Of a stretch of 64,000 nt of DNA, positions 48,693 through 57,504 are shown one piece after another (position 1 is the first letter of the stretch; each line of letters begins with the position of its first letter). This DNA is from an uncultured Planctomycetota bacterium (GTDB lineage: Bacteria > Planctomycetota > DG-23 > CAZBND01): contig CAZBND010000002.1 in NCBI GenBank assembly GCA_964493415.1, positions 97,678 through 161,677 of the forward strand, written 5' to 3'. The position numbers were made by a program, and so were the translations under genes. The notes beneath the pieces were generated by a model. The model did no database searches. It saw only the letters and a program-made list of their open reading frames with translations, and was not told where the DNA came from.

Positions 48693-48727
48693 TGGCGTGC
48701 CCATTCCCCCCCGCTTGCGGCCTCCAC

Positions 48728-48756
48728 TTGACACCTTCCTTCCTAGGCGGTAGAGT
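48728..48756 (+). promoter_or_regulatory. promoter of the DUF3568 gene pair
   Basis: TTGACA, 17 nt spacer, TAGAGT. Confidence 0.65.
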
Positions 48757-48849
48757 CAACTGGTCTGAGCGGAGGATCGGACTTGCGCAGCCTCGACGTG
48801 GAAGGACGCATTGAGCCGATGCCTTGGGCTGCAGTCGGCAGAAGGGAGA

Positions 48850-49263
48850 GTGACTGTGTTGATTCGCTGGAAGGTGCTGAGCCTGTTGGTGGCGGTCTCC
48901 ATCCTCGTGGGTGGCTGCACGCCCCTCATTATCGGGAGCGTCGTTGTCGGCGGAGGAGCGGCCATCTGGTATGTCAGGGGTGAGTCCAGAACCCAATACC
49001 CCCGCGACGTTCCAACCGTCTTCAACGCCGCCGTCGCCGTTCTCGAACAGGACCTGAAGGTTCCCATCGACAGCAGGTCCTATGACGGAACTGTTGGGAA
49101 AATCCGTGCCAAACGCGCTGACGAATCAGAGGTCAAAGTCGCCCTCAAGCTGGTTGGTCCGTCGGTAACTCGCGTGGCCGTCCGTGTCGGAATCGTCGGG
49201 GACAGGCACTGGAATGAGCTCTTTCTCGACAGACTTAGCGCAAGGCTCAGGACCGGTGCTTAA
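48850..49263 (+). CDS. DUF3568 family lipoprotein (copy 1)
   Basis: LVGGC lipobox, VGGGAAIWYVRGE, IRAKRADESEVKV, VRVGIVGD. Confidence 0.8.
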   Translation: MTVLIRWKVLSLLVAVSILVGGCTPLIIGSVVVGGGAAIWYVRGESRTQYPRDVPTVFNAAVAVLEQDLKVPIDSRSYDGTVGKIRAKRADESEVKVALKLVGPSVTRVAVRVGIVGDRHWNELFLDRLSARLRTGA

Positions 49264-49387
49264 GCTCTGAGCTCGATATACGCAATCAGTGTCGATGCGG
49301 CGCTTTTTCGGCAGTCGTCATCTGACTTGCGCGGCCGGGGTTCTCTGTGCCCCCGCCTGCGCAAATGGATGAAGAGAGGAGGGACAC

Positions 49388-49789
49388 ATGTCTGGCCGCT
49401 GCAAATTGATGGTTCTGCTCTTAGGGCTTTCTCTGGTGGCGAGTGGCTGTGTTGCCCTGGTCGCCGGCGCGGCCGGCGGAGCCGCGGGCATCGTCTACGT
49501 TCGAGGCGAAGCCAAGACCGCTTTCCCGCATGATGTTGAGACCCTTTTCAACGCCGCGGTACTCGCTATGGAACAGGACATGAAAGTGCCCATAGAGAGT
49601 AAGGCCTATGACCTTACCGACGGTCGCATCGACGCCAGGCGTGCGGATGACAACAAGGTAAAGGTCCGTCTGAAACTCGTCGGCGCCGACGTTACCGAGG
49701 TCCGCGTGCGTGTGGGAACCATCGGCGACAAGACGTGGTCGATGCTGTATCTGGAGAAGATCGAAAGCCATCTTCCAGGCGCGAAGTGA
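49388..49789 (+). CDS. DUF3568 family lipoprotein (copy 2)
   Basis: VASGC lipobox, AGGAAGIVYVRGE, IDARRADDNKVKV, VRVGTIGD. Confidence 0.85.
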   Translation: MSGRCKLMVLLLGLSLVASGCVALVAGAAGGAAGIVYVRGEAKTAFPHDVETLFNAAVLAMEQDMKVPIESKAYDLTDGRIDARRADDNKVKVRLKLVGADVTEVRVRVGTIGDKTWSMLYLEKIESHLPGAK

Positions 49790-49846
49790 CGTCCCGCCGC
49801 CGCTAGCGTCGCCCGCCTGAACTCTCCGGGAACGAAAGGAGCACAA

Positions 49847-51253
49847 TTGAACGTCGTCTTCGTAATGATCGACACTCTGAGGGCCGACTACTGCGGTTGC
49901 TATGGCAGCTCGTGGGTCAAAACCCCCAACATCGACGCCTTCGCCCGCGAGAGCGTCGTCTTCGACCGCGCCTACCCCGAAAGCTGCCCCACGCTGCCCG
50001 TTCGACGCAGCGTCTTTTCGATGACCCGCTGCTTTCCCTTCGTCGACTGGCACACGCCCAAAGGCGCCTATCCTGTGATTCCAGGCTGGCAGGGACTTCG
50101 GGAAGAGGATGTGACTTTTCCCGAGTTGATGACCTTCGCCGGCTACCGCACCGCCATGTTCGCCGACACTTACCACATGGCGAAGCCGGGCATGAACTTC
50201 CATCGCTTCTTCAGCGTCTTCCGATGGATTCGCGGACAGGAAGCCGACAGATACGGCTACGGAGAGCTCCCTGCCGATTGCACGGTCGAAAAGTATATGC
50301 GTCCTGACCATCCCGCCGAGTCTGCCGAGCGCAAGAAAGACGCGATCAAGAACTACCTCCGCAACAATGGCGACCGCCGCACCGAAGAGGATTATTTCGC
50401 GCCCAAAGTCTTCGGACAGGCGATCCACTTCCTCGAAAACGAATACAACCGTAGCCCCTTCCTTCTCTACATCGATTCATTCGACCCCCACGAGCCCTGG
50501 GACCCGCCTCGCTGGTATCTCGATATGTACGACCCCGACTACAGGGGGACCGAGCTCATCTGGCACAACACCCCCGACTCTTCCATATACACGGAAGCTG
50601 AGGTTCGCCACATAAGATCCCTTTACGCCGCCGAAGTGACCATGGTCGACACTTGGTTCGGCAAGCTCATGGATAAGGTGAGGCAGCTTGGCATCCTCGA
50701 CGAGACCCTTGTGATCTTCATGGCCGACCACGGTACGGAGCTCGCCGAGCACGGAAGGATCGGCAAGAGCGCCGCGCCCTACCAGCACAACGTCCGGCTT
50801 CCCGCCATGATCCGTTTCCCCGACGGAACCGCCGCCGGAAAGCGCATCGACTCCCTCGTGATGAACTACGATTTCAGCCACACAATGCTCTCCTGGCTGG
50901 GCATCGACGCTCCCGACGGTGTCGATTCGGTCGACCTCATGCCTCTGATCAAGGGCGAGACCGACGAGCTCAGAGATCACGTCATCAACGCGTGGGGCCC
51001 AAGCGTCGGCGTCATCGAGGGGCCGTGGAGCCTCAACTGCACCGATCAGTTCGAGCCCAGCACGCTCTTCAACTTGGCCGACGACCCCACCGAGCAGTCT
51101 GACCTCAAAGCAAAAGCCCCCGACAAGGTCAAGCAGCTTACACGCCGCCTCGAAGAGCTTTACGAGGACCGTGGGCTCGAGAACTACTCCCTCGCGAAGC
51201 GACAGCGAGAGGTCGTCGCCCAGTCATCTCCGAGGAAGACAGTCGTGCTTTGA
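49847..51253 (+). CDS. sulfatase-like hydrolase with Thr at the nucleophile position
   Basis: IDTLRAD, ESCPTLPVRRS, FDPHEPWD, MADHG. Confidence 0.85.
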   Translation: MNVVFVMIDTLRADYCGCYGSSWVKTPNIDAFARESVVFDRAYPESCPTLPVRRSVFSMTRCFPFVDWHTPKGAYPVIPGWQGLREEDVTFPELMTFAGYRTAMFADTYHMAKPGMNFHRFFSVFRWIRGQEADRYGYGELPADCTVEKYMRPDHPAESAERKKDAIKNYLRNNGDRRTEEDYFAPKVFGQAIHFLENEYNRSPFLLYIDSFDPHEPWDPPRWYLDMYDPDYRGTELIWHNTPDSSIYTEAEVRHIRSLYAAEVTMVDTWFGKLMDKVRQLGILDETLVIFMADHGTELAEHGRIGKSAAPYQHNVRLPAMIRFPDGTAAGKRIDSLVMNYDFSHTMLSWLGIDAPDGVDSVDLMPLIKGETDELRDHVINAWGPSVGVIEGPWSLNCTDQFEPSTLFNLADDPTEQSDLKAKAPDKVKQLTRRLEELYEDRGLENYSLAKRQREVVAQSSPRKTVVL

Positions 51254-51326
51254 GCGATTCCTCCTCAAGCGAAGAGGGAGAGCGACGCCTCGCCGCTCTC
51301 CCTCTTGTCTTACCCTACGACTCTTC

Positions 51327-53831
51327 TTACTGGTCCCGCAGCCTCTCCTCCAGCACCCGCCTCGCCTTTCGGAAAATCGCCTTCATCTCCCTATGCCGCT
51401 TCTCGTCGTACCTAACCGAAAGCGTGTCCAGGTACGTCAGACCCCCGTCGATCAGCGTCACCATGTAGCTGGCATCCGACGGGCTGAACATCTCCGCGCC
51501 CCCGACGTTAACGTACACGGGAGAAGTGTGCGCTCCCAGGTGAATCGGCCAGCAGTGGTGAGCCAGCAGCCGGCTGCCGCATCTCGCGGCGATCCACGAA
51601 CTCCGGTCCACCTTCGTCTTCGCGTTTAGTCTCAGCGACTTCGCGCCCCTCTTCGACGACGTCTTGGCAACCACCTTGCCGTTGACTACCACCTCAAGCA
51701 GGTTCAGCGGCCACGCGCTCGTAGTGCTCGCCTTCAATTCCACCGTTCCTCCGCCCGGCCCCATCTTGATCTCGTCGCCCACCGCGTGACCGTCAACCGT
51801 CAAGTCGATCAGCGGGCCCGACGTAGTGAAAGTCCTTCCCGCTCGAATCGCCCCACCCCAGTTCTCGAACGTGAACGGACGGTTCGGATCCAGCTTCGCG
51901 TACGTCCGCGCCCCGCCCACTGGCATCCCCGCGCTCATCTTGTCCGTCCCTCCCACCGCCGCCACCCGGTAGCCGCAGTTCAGGTACTTGTACCATTCTT
52001 GGAAACAGAACTGGTCGAGCGTCCCCGAATCCGGATTCGCATAACTCCTCAGTTCCGTCCCGTCGAGTTGTCCAAGAACGAAGTACACCGGCTCCTCGCA
52101 GCTCGGGCCGGGGAAGTGCGGCCTTATCGAAACCCCCTCGCGTTCCTTGACCGTCTTGGCCCACTCAGTCAGCAGCACCCTGTCCGGATCTCCAAGGTAG
52201 GCCTCGTTCGGGCCCCCCGCGCACATCGGATACACCGGATCCCCATGCGCTCCGAGCATGGACATATGACCCAGCAGGTGATTTCGGTTCTCCGTCCCGA
52301 CCCACACGAGGGTATCATCCTCGCTCACGCCGGAAATCTTCCCCGTTATGTCCGCGACATTCGTGAACAGCCGCCCCCATTGCGAGGCCAGCAGGTTTAT
52401 CAGGTTCAAACCCTCTGCCTGTCCCTCGAGCCACGCCGTCTGCGGCGAAATGAAGTGCACGTGCGTATCAGCCGTCACCCAGCCGTCCTTCCGCCAGTCG
52501 ATCCACCGCTTGATGCGCAGTGTTGCCTCGCGTTGTCCGGCGCGGATGTTCAGTTTCTTTCGCAGCGGCTCGTACTCGAAGCCCTTCGCCGCCTCCACGT
52601 ACACCTCGCCCACCGGAAGCTCAATTTGAAAGCTCCCGGGCACGTACGCATAGCCCATCCCGCCCAATTGCAGGTCGCCCGCATAGTCCTCAAACCAGTT
52701 CGCATTGACCTTCGCATGGTGCCCGTACGGCGCGATATATTCCCCGTTCGGTCCACGGAAGTGGACGCGTGTCGGCGTCGGCTTCCCAGTGGTGTCATCT
52801 ATGACGTTCACGTGAACCCACGCCTTTCCGGTGTGGATCAGTTCCAGCCGCGCCTTTCCGTCCTTGCTCTTCGCTACTCCCTCGGTGAAAGCATCTCCCA
52901 ACGAGACATCTCGGGCGCGCTTGGACCCCGCCTTCACCGTCAACGTTGCCCCCTCCGAACCTGTCGCCTCAACCAAGAACTCCCTGGCAGGCTTTTCCTC
53001 CCGTTCTCCGCTGCCCAGCCCGCGCAACTCGTCCTTCACCCACTCCTTCTCACTCACTGGAACCGCCACCTCAAGCGCCGTGATGCTTCCCATGTCCATC
53101 TCGGCGGTCAGTTCCGATGCAAGCGTCTTTTCCGATGCGGGCAGCGTGAGTTTGTAGAAACGCCGCGGCAGGTGACGCAGCGGATGTCCCGGACCCTCAT
53201 ACAAAGTCATTCCCAGCACCGCTATCGGCGTCTTCGATACGGACCGCAGCACAACCGACGCCAGCGCCGACTCCGGCCTGGGGTTCTCCATCGCGTACAC
53301 CGATGCGGGAAAGCCTCCTCGCTCCTTCATAACTCCCGTCTGAAGGCCGCCCCAGCCTATTACGTCCCCTCGCTTCACCGGCGTTGGCATGCCCATCTGC
53401 ACTGAGGCGAAAGCGGGCCCGACGCTTGCGACTCCGCCCACGGGGACTTCAAATCGCGCGCGCACCGGCTGCACATGTTCCTTGCCGTCTTTGTAGCGAA
53501 GCACGTACTCGGCCAGCTTCTCCCCGAGCGCCGGCCTCGTCCTCCTCTTGCTTGGCATGTCGCCGGAATGAAGCAAGCACAGGTGGGTTCCTTTCCCCGA
53601 AAGCTTTACTTCCACCTCCCGCACCTCGTCACCCAGCAGCACCAACCCTTTCTTGGCCGTCTCGGAAGCGAGAACGAAGGGAATCCCCCAAAAGGACCCC
53701 TTGCCGCGTGGCAGTGTTGGAGGAGCAGCCGCCGGCCTTCGGCTTCCCTGCCTTGCTCTCCCCAGCCGGGGCGCCAATTCCGCGGCCGAGTTGAAGTGCT
53801 TGCTCAGATTCACCGTACTGAACTTCGCCAT
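51327..53831 (-). CDS. CehA/McbA family PHP-like metallohydrolase, large multidomain
   Basis: TADTHVHF, LGHMSML, IRPHFP, AVGGTDKM, GRTFTTSGP, AHTSPVYV; no signal peptide. Confidence 0.85.
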   Translation of the reverse strand: MAKFSTVNLSKHFNSAAELAPRLGRARQGSRRPAAAPPTLPRGKGSFWGIPFVLASETAKKGLVLLGDEVREVEVKLSGKGTHLCLLHSGDMPSKRRTRPALGEKLAEYVLRYKDGKEHVQPVRARFEVPVGGVASVGPAFASVQMGMPTPVKRGDVIGWGGLQTGVMKERGGFPASVYAMENPRPESALASVVLRSVSKTPIAVLGMTLYEGPGHPLRHLPRRFYKLTLPASEKTLASELTAEMDMGSITALEVAVPVSEKEWVKDELRGLGSGEREEKPAREFLVEATGSEGATLTVKAGSKRARDVSLGDAFTEGVAKSKDGKARLELIHTGKAWVHVNVIDDTTGKPTPTRVHFRGPNGEYIAPYGHHAKVNANWFEDYAGDLQLGGMGYAYVPGSFQIELPVGEVYVEAAKGFEYEPLRKKLNIRAGQREATLRIKRWIDWRKDGWVTADTHVHFISPQTAWLEGQAEGLNLINLLASQWGRLFTNVADITGKISGVSEDDTLVWVGTENRNHLLGHMSMLGAHGDPVYPMCAGGPNEAYLGDPDRVLLTEWAKTVKEREGVSIRPHFPGPSCEEPVYFVLGQLDGTELRSYANPDSGTLDQFCFQEWYKYLNCGYRVAAVGGTDKMSAGMPVGGARTYAKLDPNRPFTFENWGGAIRAGRTFTTSGPLIDLTVDGHAVGDEIKMGPGGGTVELKASTTSAWPLNLLEVVVNGKVVAKTSSKRGAKSLRLNAKTKVDRSSWIAARCGSRLLAHHCWPIHLGAHTSPVYVNVGGAEMFSPSDASYMVTLIDGGLTYLDTLSVRYDEKRHREMKAIFRKARRVLEERLRDQ

Positions 53832-54002
53832 GACTTCTCCTCCTGTTCATACTCCTGTTGTCGAACGGTCCAAAGGTCCCTTTCCCCGCCGGTTCATCTC
53901 GCTGAAACAGCGGCTCTAATTCTCTCCTTTCCCCGATCAAAGGTCAAGGTTTTCCGCCCTATTGGTGCGCTATCCCTCCTCGAATGATTTTTCCCAACGC
54001 TC

Positions 54003-54038
54003 TTGCCAGACCCTCCCGGCAGGGATACGATACTATCG
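54003..54038 (+). promoter_or_regulatory. promoter of pilT with palindromic operator over the -10
   Basis: TTGCCA, 17 nt spacer, TACGAT (54026-31); palindrome CGATA-C-TATCG at 54028-54038. Confidence 0.6.
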
Positions 54039-54110
54039 CAGCATTTAGGGCGGGCGCTCTCTTGGCTGGGAGCGGGAGCCAAACCGAAGGCGAATGCGCG
54101 GGAGCATCTC

Positions 54111-55181
54111 GTGACAACGGACTTCCAGAGGGTCCTTCAGTTCGCGGTCGACAACAAGGCCTCGGACGTACACTTTCAGGCATCGGCCCCTCCGATGGTT
54201 CGCATCGACGGTAACGTCCGTCTGGTGGACTTGCCCTCCGTAGACAACCAGGAGATGATCGAGTTCATAACCTCCATCGCTCCCACGCTCGGCGATGCCG
54301 ACCTCGAGACCTCTCTTTTCAACGGTCTTGACTTCTCCTACTCCATACCGGACCTGTGCCGCTTCCGCTGCAGCGCTTATCGCAACCTCGGCCGCACCGG
54401 CATTACCATGCGCATCATACGCTTCGAGATCCCCTCCATCGAAAACCTCAACCTCCCCGACGCCATCCGCGACATCGCGCTGTCTCGCCGTGGCCTCACC
54501 CTCGTCACCGGGACTACCGGCAGCGGGAAAAGCACCACTCTTGCCGCCATGATCAACCTCATCAATCAGACTCATCGCGCAAAGATCATCACGGTGGAAG
54601 ACCCGGTCGAGTACGTCTATGCCAACCAGAAGTCCCTAATATCCCAGCTCGAAGTCGGATTCGACACGCCGTCGTTTGCTCAGGCTTTGCGCCAGGCGCT
54701 CAGGCAGGACCCCGACGTCATCCTGGTCGGCGAGCTCCGCGACGTCGAGTCCCTTCGCATGGCCCTCCGTGCGGCGGATACCGGCCACCAAGTCTTCTCC
54801 ACAGTCCACAGTGCTACAGCGGCCCTCACTGTCGAGAGAATCATCGCCATGTTTCCTCCCGCGGAACACAAGCTCCTGTTGGCGCAGTTGGCCGGCTCCG
54901 TGGAAGCCATCATTTCGCAACGCCTCCTCACAACTCGCAAGGGAGGACGGATGCCTGCCGTCGAAATCCTCCGCGGCACCGCCGTCACCGAAAAGCTCAT
55001 CGTCGAGAATCGCCTCAGCGAGCTCAGCGACTATGTAAGGAGAGGTGAGGCTGGTATGCAGACCTTCGATCAGGACATCCTCAAGCTCTACAAGCGTGAC
55101 CTCATATCAGGCACCGAGGCCATGCGTTGGTCGACCAATCCCGAAGCGCTTGCCATGGCAATGCGCGGGATCAATCGATAG
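54111..55181 (+). CDS. pilT: PilT/PilU family retraction ATPase
   Basis: ASDVH, RFRCSAY, GTTGSGKST, TVEDPVEY, RQDPDVILVGELRD, STVHS, GMQTFDQ; start GTG 54111. Confidence 0.9.
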   Translation: MTTDFQRVLQFAVDNKASDVHFQASAPPMVRIDGNVRLVDLPSVDNQEMIEFITSIAPTLGDADLETSLFNGLDFSYSIPDLCRFRCSAYRNLGRTGITMRIIRFEIPSIENLNLPDAIRDIALSRRGLTLVTGTTGSGKSTTLAAMINLINQTHRAKIITVEDPVEYVYANQKSLISQLEVGFDTPSFAQALRQALRQDPDVILVGELRDVESLRMALRAADTGHQVFSTVHSATAALTVERIIAMFPPAEHKLLLAQLAGSVEAIISQRLLTTRKGGRMPAVEILRGTAVTEKLIVENRLSELSDYVRRGEAGMQTFDQDILKLYKRDLISGTEAMRWSTNPEALAMAMRGINR

Positions 55182-55261
55182 CTGCCATCGCCTTTTTCAC
55201 CGGCGGCAATTGCTGCCGGTTGCGCCCTTAAGTCGCTAGTTGTCTGACACGTTAGGAGATA

Positions 55262-55642
55262 GTGATGGCCCAAGCGGGTGAGATCGCGATCACGCCCCAC
55301 GAGGAGATTGTCCTGGCTGCCCCCCAGTTCTCGCGCATGCGCGATAGCGAAGCGCGCTCCCTCCAAACCGAGGTCGCCGCAGCGGCCGAGCGAGCCCCCA
55401 ACCTTCCCGTCGTGCTGGACATGTCCAATGTGGAGTATGTCCCCAGCAGGGGCATCGGCACACTCGTCGCTCTCCTGCAGAACTTCAAGAAAGGCGCCCG
55501 GCGCTTCATTCTCGCCGGCCTTCAGCCTTCCGTTCGTCAGACCCTTACCGTGTGCCGGTTGGACAAATTCTTCGAGATCTGCGACACTGTCGACGAGGCC
55601 CTGGCTCGCATCCGCGAACCGGAAATCGGCGCCCCCGAGTAA
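55262..55642 (+). CDS. STAS domain anti-sigma factor antagonist
   Basis: VVLDMSNVEYVPSRGIGTL, LQPSVRQTL...LDKFFEI. Confidence 0.88.
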   Translation: MMAQAGEIAITPHEEIVLAAPQFSRMRDSEARSLQTEVAAAAERAPNLPVVLDMSNVEYVPSRGIGTLVALLQNFKKGARRFILAGLQPSVRQTLTVCRLDKFFEICDTVDEALARIREPEIGAPE

Positions 55643-55690
55643 GGACGCAGAGTGCCACAGGCCGCAAGCAGCCCGCCGCGCGCTTCCCAT

Positions 55691-56890
55691 TCACTCACCT
55701 AGACAGCGTCCGCGCAGCTCGCCCAGATTCACGACCTCCCCACTGTTCATTGACATGTTCGCCCCCAGCGCCGCCATGGCGCTTTCGAACCCTTCCTCAG
55801 CTCCCGCAGCCGGCTTCGTTCCATTCACAATGTGCGATATGAAGTCCCGCCAGGCGTTCTGGTCCGCCCCCGCATGCCCGCCGCCGTAGCTCTCCACCAT
55901 TATGACCTCCTCCTCGCTGCGGCCCGGCCTCGTCAACGCAATTCGACCTCTCCCGAAGTCTCCCGTCAGTTGCCCCTTCGTCCCGCTGACGAAGCACGTG
56001 CGCGTCTCTCGCGGCGAGAAAAGTGTCACCGAGAACGCCGCTCTCAGACAATTCTCGTATTCGATGATCGCCGTCTGATTGTCCGCTATATCCTTCTTCG
56101 CATTGTAAACGCACAAGTCCGCCTCTCTCTCATCCAACTCCTCCCGCTCCTCAGGAGTCATAAGCACGAAAGCGTCTCGCGCATCAAACCGGAAATCGCA
56201 CTTCTCGTCGCAGTCACGGCACAGGCGCGGCAGCCTCGGATTCGGGCGGAAGTGGCTGGCCCCGCCGAACGACGCCACCTTTGAAGCGCGGCTACCGCTC
56301 AGCCAGTTCAGAATATCCAGATCGTGGCAGCACTTCGTCAACATCAGTCCGCCGCTCTTCTCGCTCGAACGATGCCACCGCCTTGCGTAGCTCGCCCCGT
56401 GCCGGTACCCCACCAGCTCCTTCCCCTCTATCAGGACTACCTGTCCCAAACCTCCCGAACGGATCATCTCGTTCAGCTTAACGTAAAACGGTGCGTACCT
56501 CAGCACATACCCGAGCTGGAACACCTTCCCGTATCCTTTCGCCTGACGCGCAATCCGTCCGCAGGCTTCCAGCGTCGTTGCCATCGGCTTTTCGAGGAAT
56601 ATGTGCTTGCCGGCTTCCATCGCCGGAATGACGACCTCCTCGTGCGCGTGGTCCGGCGTCGCAATTACCACCGCATCAACCTCCGGATCATCGAGCACAC
56701 GCCGATAGTCCGTTTCCTGTGCCGTTCCCTTCGCACCCAGCATCCGCGCCACCGAAGCCACCCGCCTCTCGTCCGTGTCGCAAAGCTTCACGAGGCGCGC
56801 ACCCGCATTCTCGCCCGTCAGGAACCGCCCGAACGCGAATCCCCGCTGCCCCGTTCCTATGATCGCAACCCCAACGTCTTTGCCGGTCAT
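55691..56890 (-). CDS. Gfo/Idh/MocA family oxidoreductase
   Basis: IIGTGQRG, IATPDHAH, LEKPM, GGLMLTKCCHDLD; start ATG 56890. Confidence 0.92.
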   Translation of the reverse strand: MTGKDVGVAIIGTGQRGFAFGRFLTGENAGARLVKLCDTDERRVASVARMLGAKGTAQETDYRRVLDDPEVDAVVIATPDHAHEEVVIPAMEAGKHIFLEKPMATTLEACGRIARQAKGYGKVFQLGYVLRYAPFYVKLNEMIRSGGLGQVVLIEGKELVGYRHGASYARRWHRSSEKSGGLMLTKCCHDLDILNWLSGSRASKVASFGGASHFRPNPRLPRLCRDCDEKCDFRFDARDAFVLMTPEEREELDEREADLCVYNAKKDIADNQTAIIEYENCLRAAFSVTLFSPRETRTCFVSGTKGQLTGDFGRGRIALTRPGRSEEEVIMVESYGGGHAGADQNAWRDFISHIVNGTKPAAGAEEGFESAMAALGANMSMNSGEVVNLGELRGRCLGE

Positions 56891-57027
56891 GACGCCTTCC
56901 TTCCTGAAACAGCTTCCGCGGAAACACCATGATACCATTCGCCGTCAGCACGGTCGAGAAGTCCATCTCCCCCTCGGCGCATAGTGGCCCTGCAACATAT
57001 CAGGCAGCGATACGTCAGCCGCTCCGG

Positions 57028-57056
57028 TTGACACGCTTCCGGGAGTGTGGTAGCTA
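57028..57056 (+). promoter_or_regulatory. promoter of tRNA-Arg
   Basis: TTGACA, 17 nt spacer, TGgTAGCTA. Confidence 0.5.
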
Positions 57057-57103
57057 TTGAGTGGGGAAGGGCGGCACGAAGCGTCCTTCGAGCAGTTTGA
57101 AAC

Positions 57104-57177
57104 GCGCCCGTAGCTCAATTGGATAGAGTCGCGGACTTCGAATCCGAGGGTTGCAGGTTCGAATCCTGCCGGGCGTG
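57104..57177 (+). tRNA. tRNA-Arg (TCG)
   Basis: GCGCCCG/CGGGCGT acceptor, TAGCTCAATTGGATAGAG D-arm, CGGA-CT TCG AA-TCCG anticodon arm, GCAGGTTCGAATCCTGC; CCA not encoded. Confidence 0.95.
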
Positions 57178-57504
57178 CTGTGGTCGAAGGTCGCGAGCCT
57201 CTCCGCCGCGCGCGGGACGTTCTTGACATGGTGTTCCTTTACTGCCGGCCGCCGTATCCGCAGACGTTTGCACTGCGACCACGCTCCACGCCGTGGCGAA
57301 ATGGCTGCCCCCCGCATCCACCGACTAACAGTTTGTCTGGATTCTGACTTCTTTCCTTCGGCTTCAGCGCAGGATGTAGCCCTGCCGGTCTCTTGTTCCA
57401 GGGAGCTGCACTTTATCGACTTTTCCACGCGAAGATGTTAAGCTCGAAATGGAGGGATATGGCGTGCGCTCCGTCGCGAACGAATTTCAGAGAGAGGCAA
57501 TGCA

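Noticed and set aside
51786-53405. 539 aa plus-strand ORF
   Set aside because: Antisense shadow of the CehA/McbA gene; Arg/Pro/His-rich with no recognisable domain
54065-54100. c-di-GMP-I (GEMM)-like GCCAAACCGAAGG upstream of pilT
   Set aside because: No GNRA/receptor pair, no GACGCAAA segment and no P1 pairing
57421-57429. TTTTCCACG DnaA-like box
   Set aside because: Isolated 1-mismatch site, expected by chance
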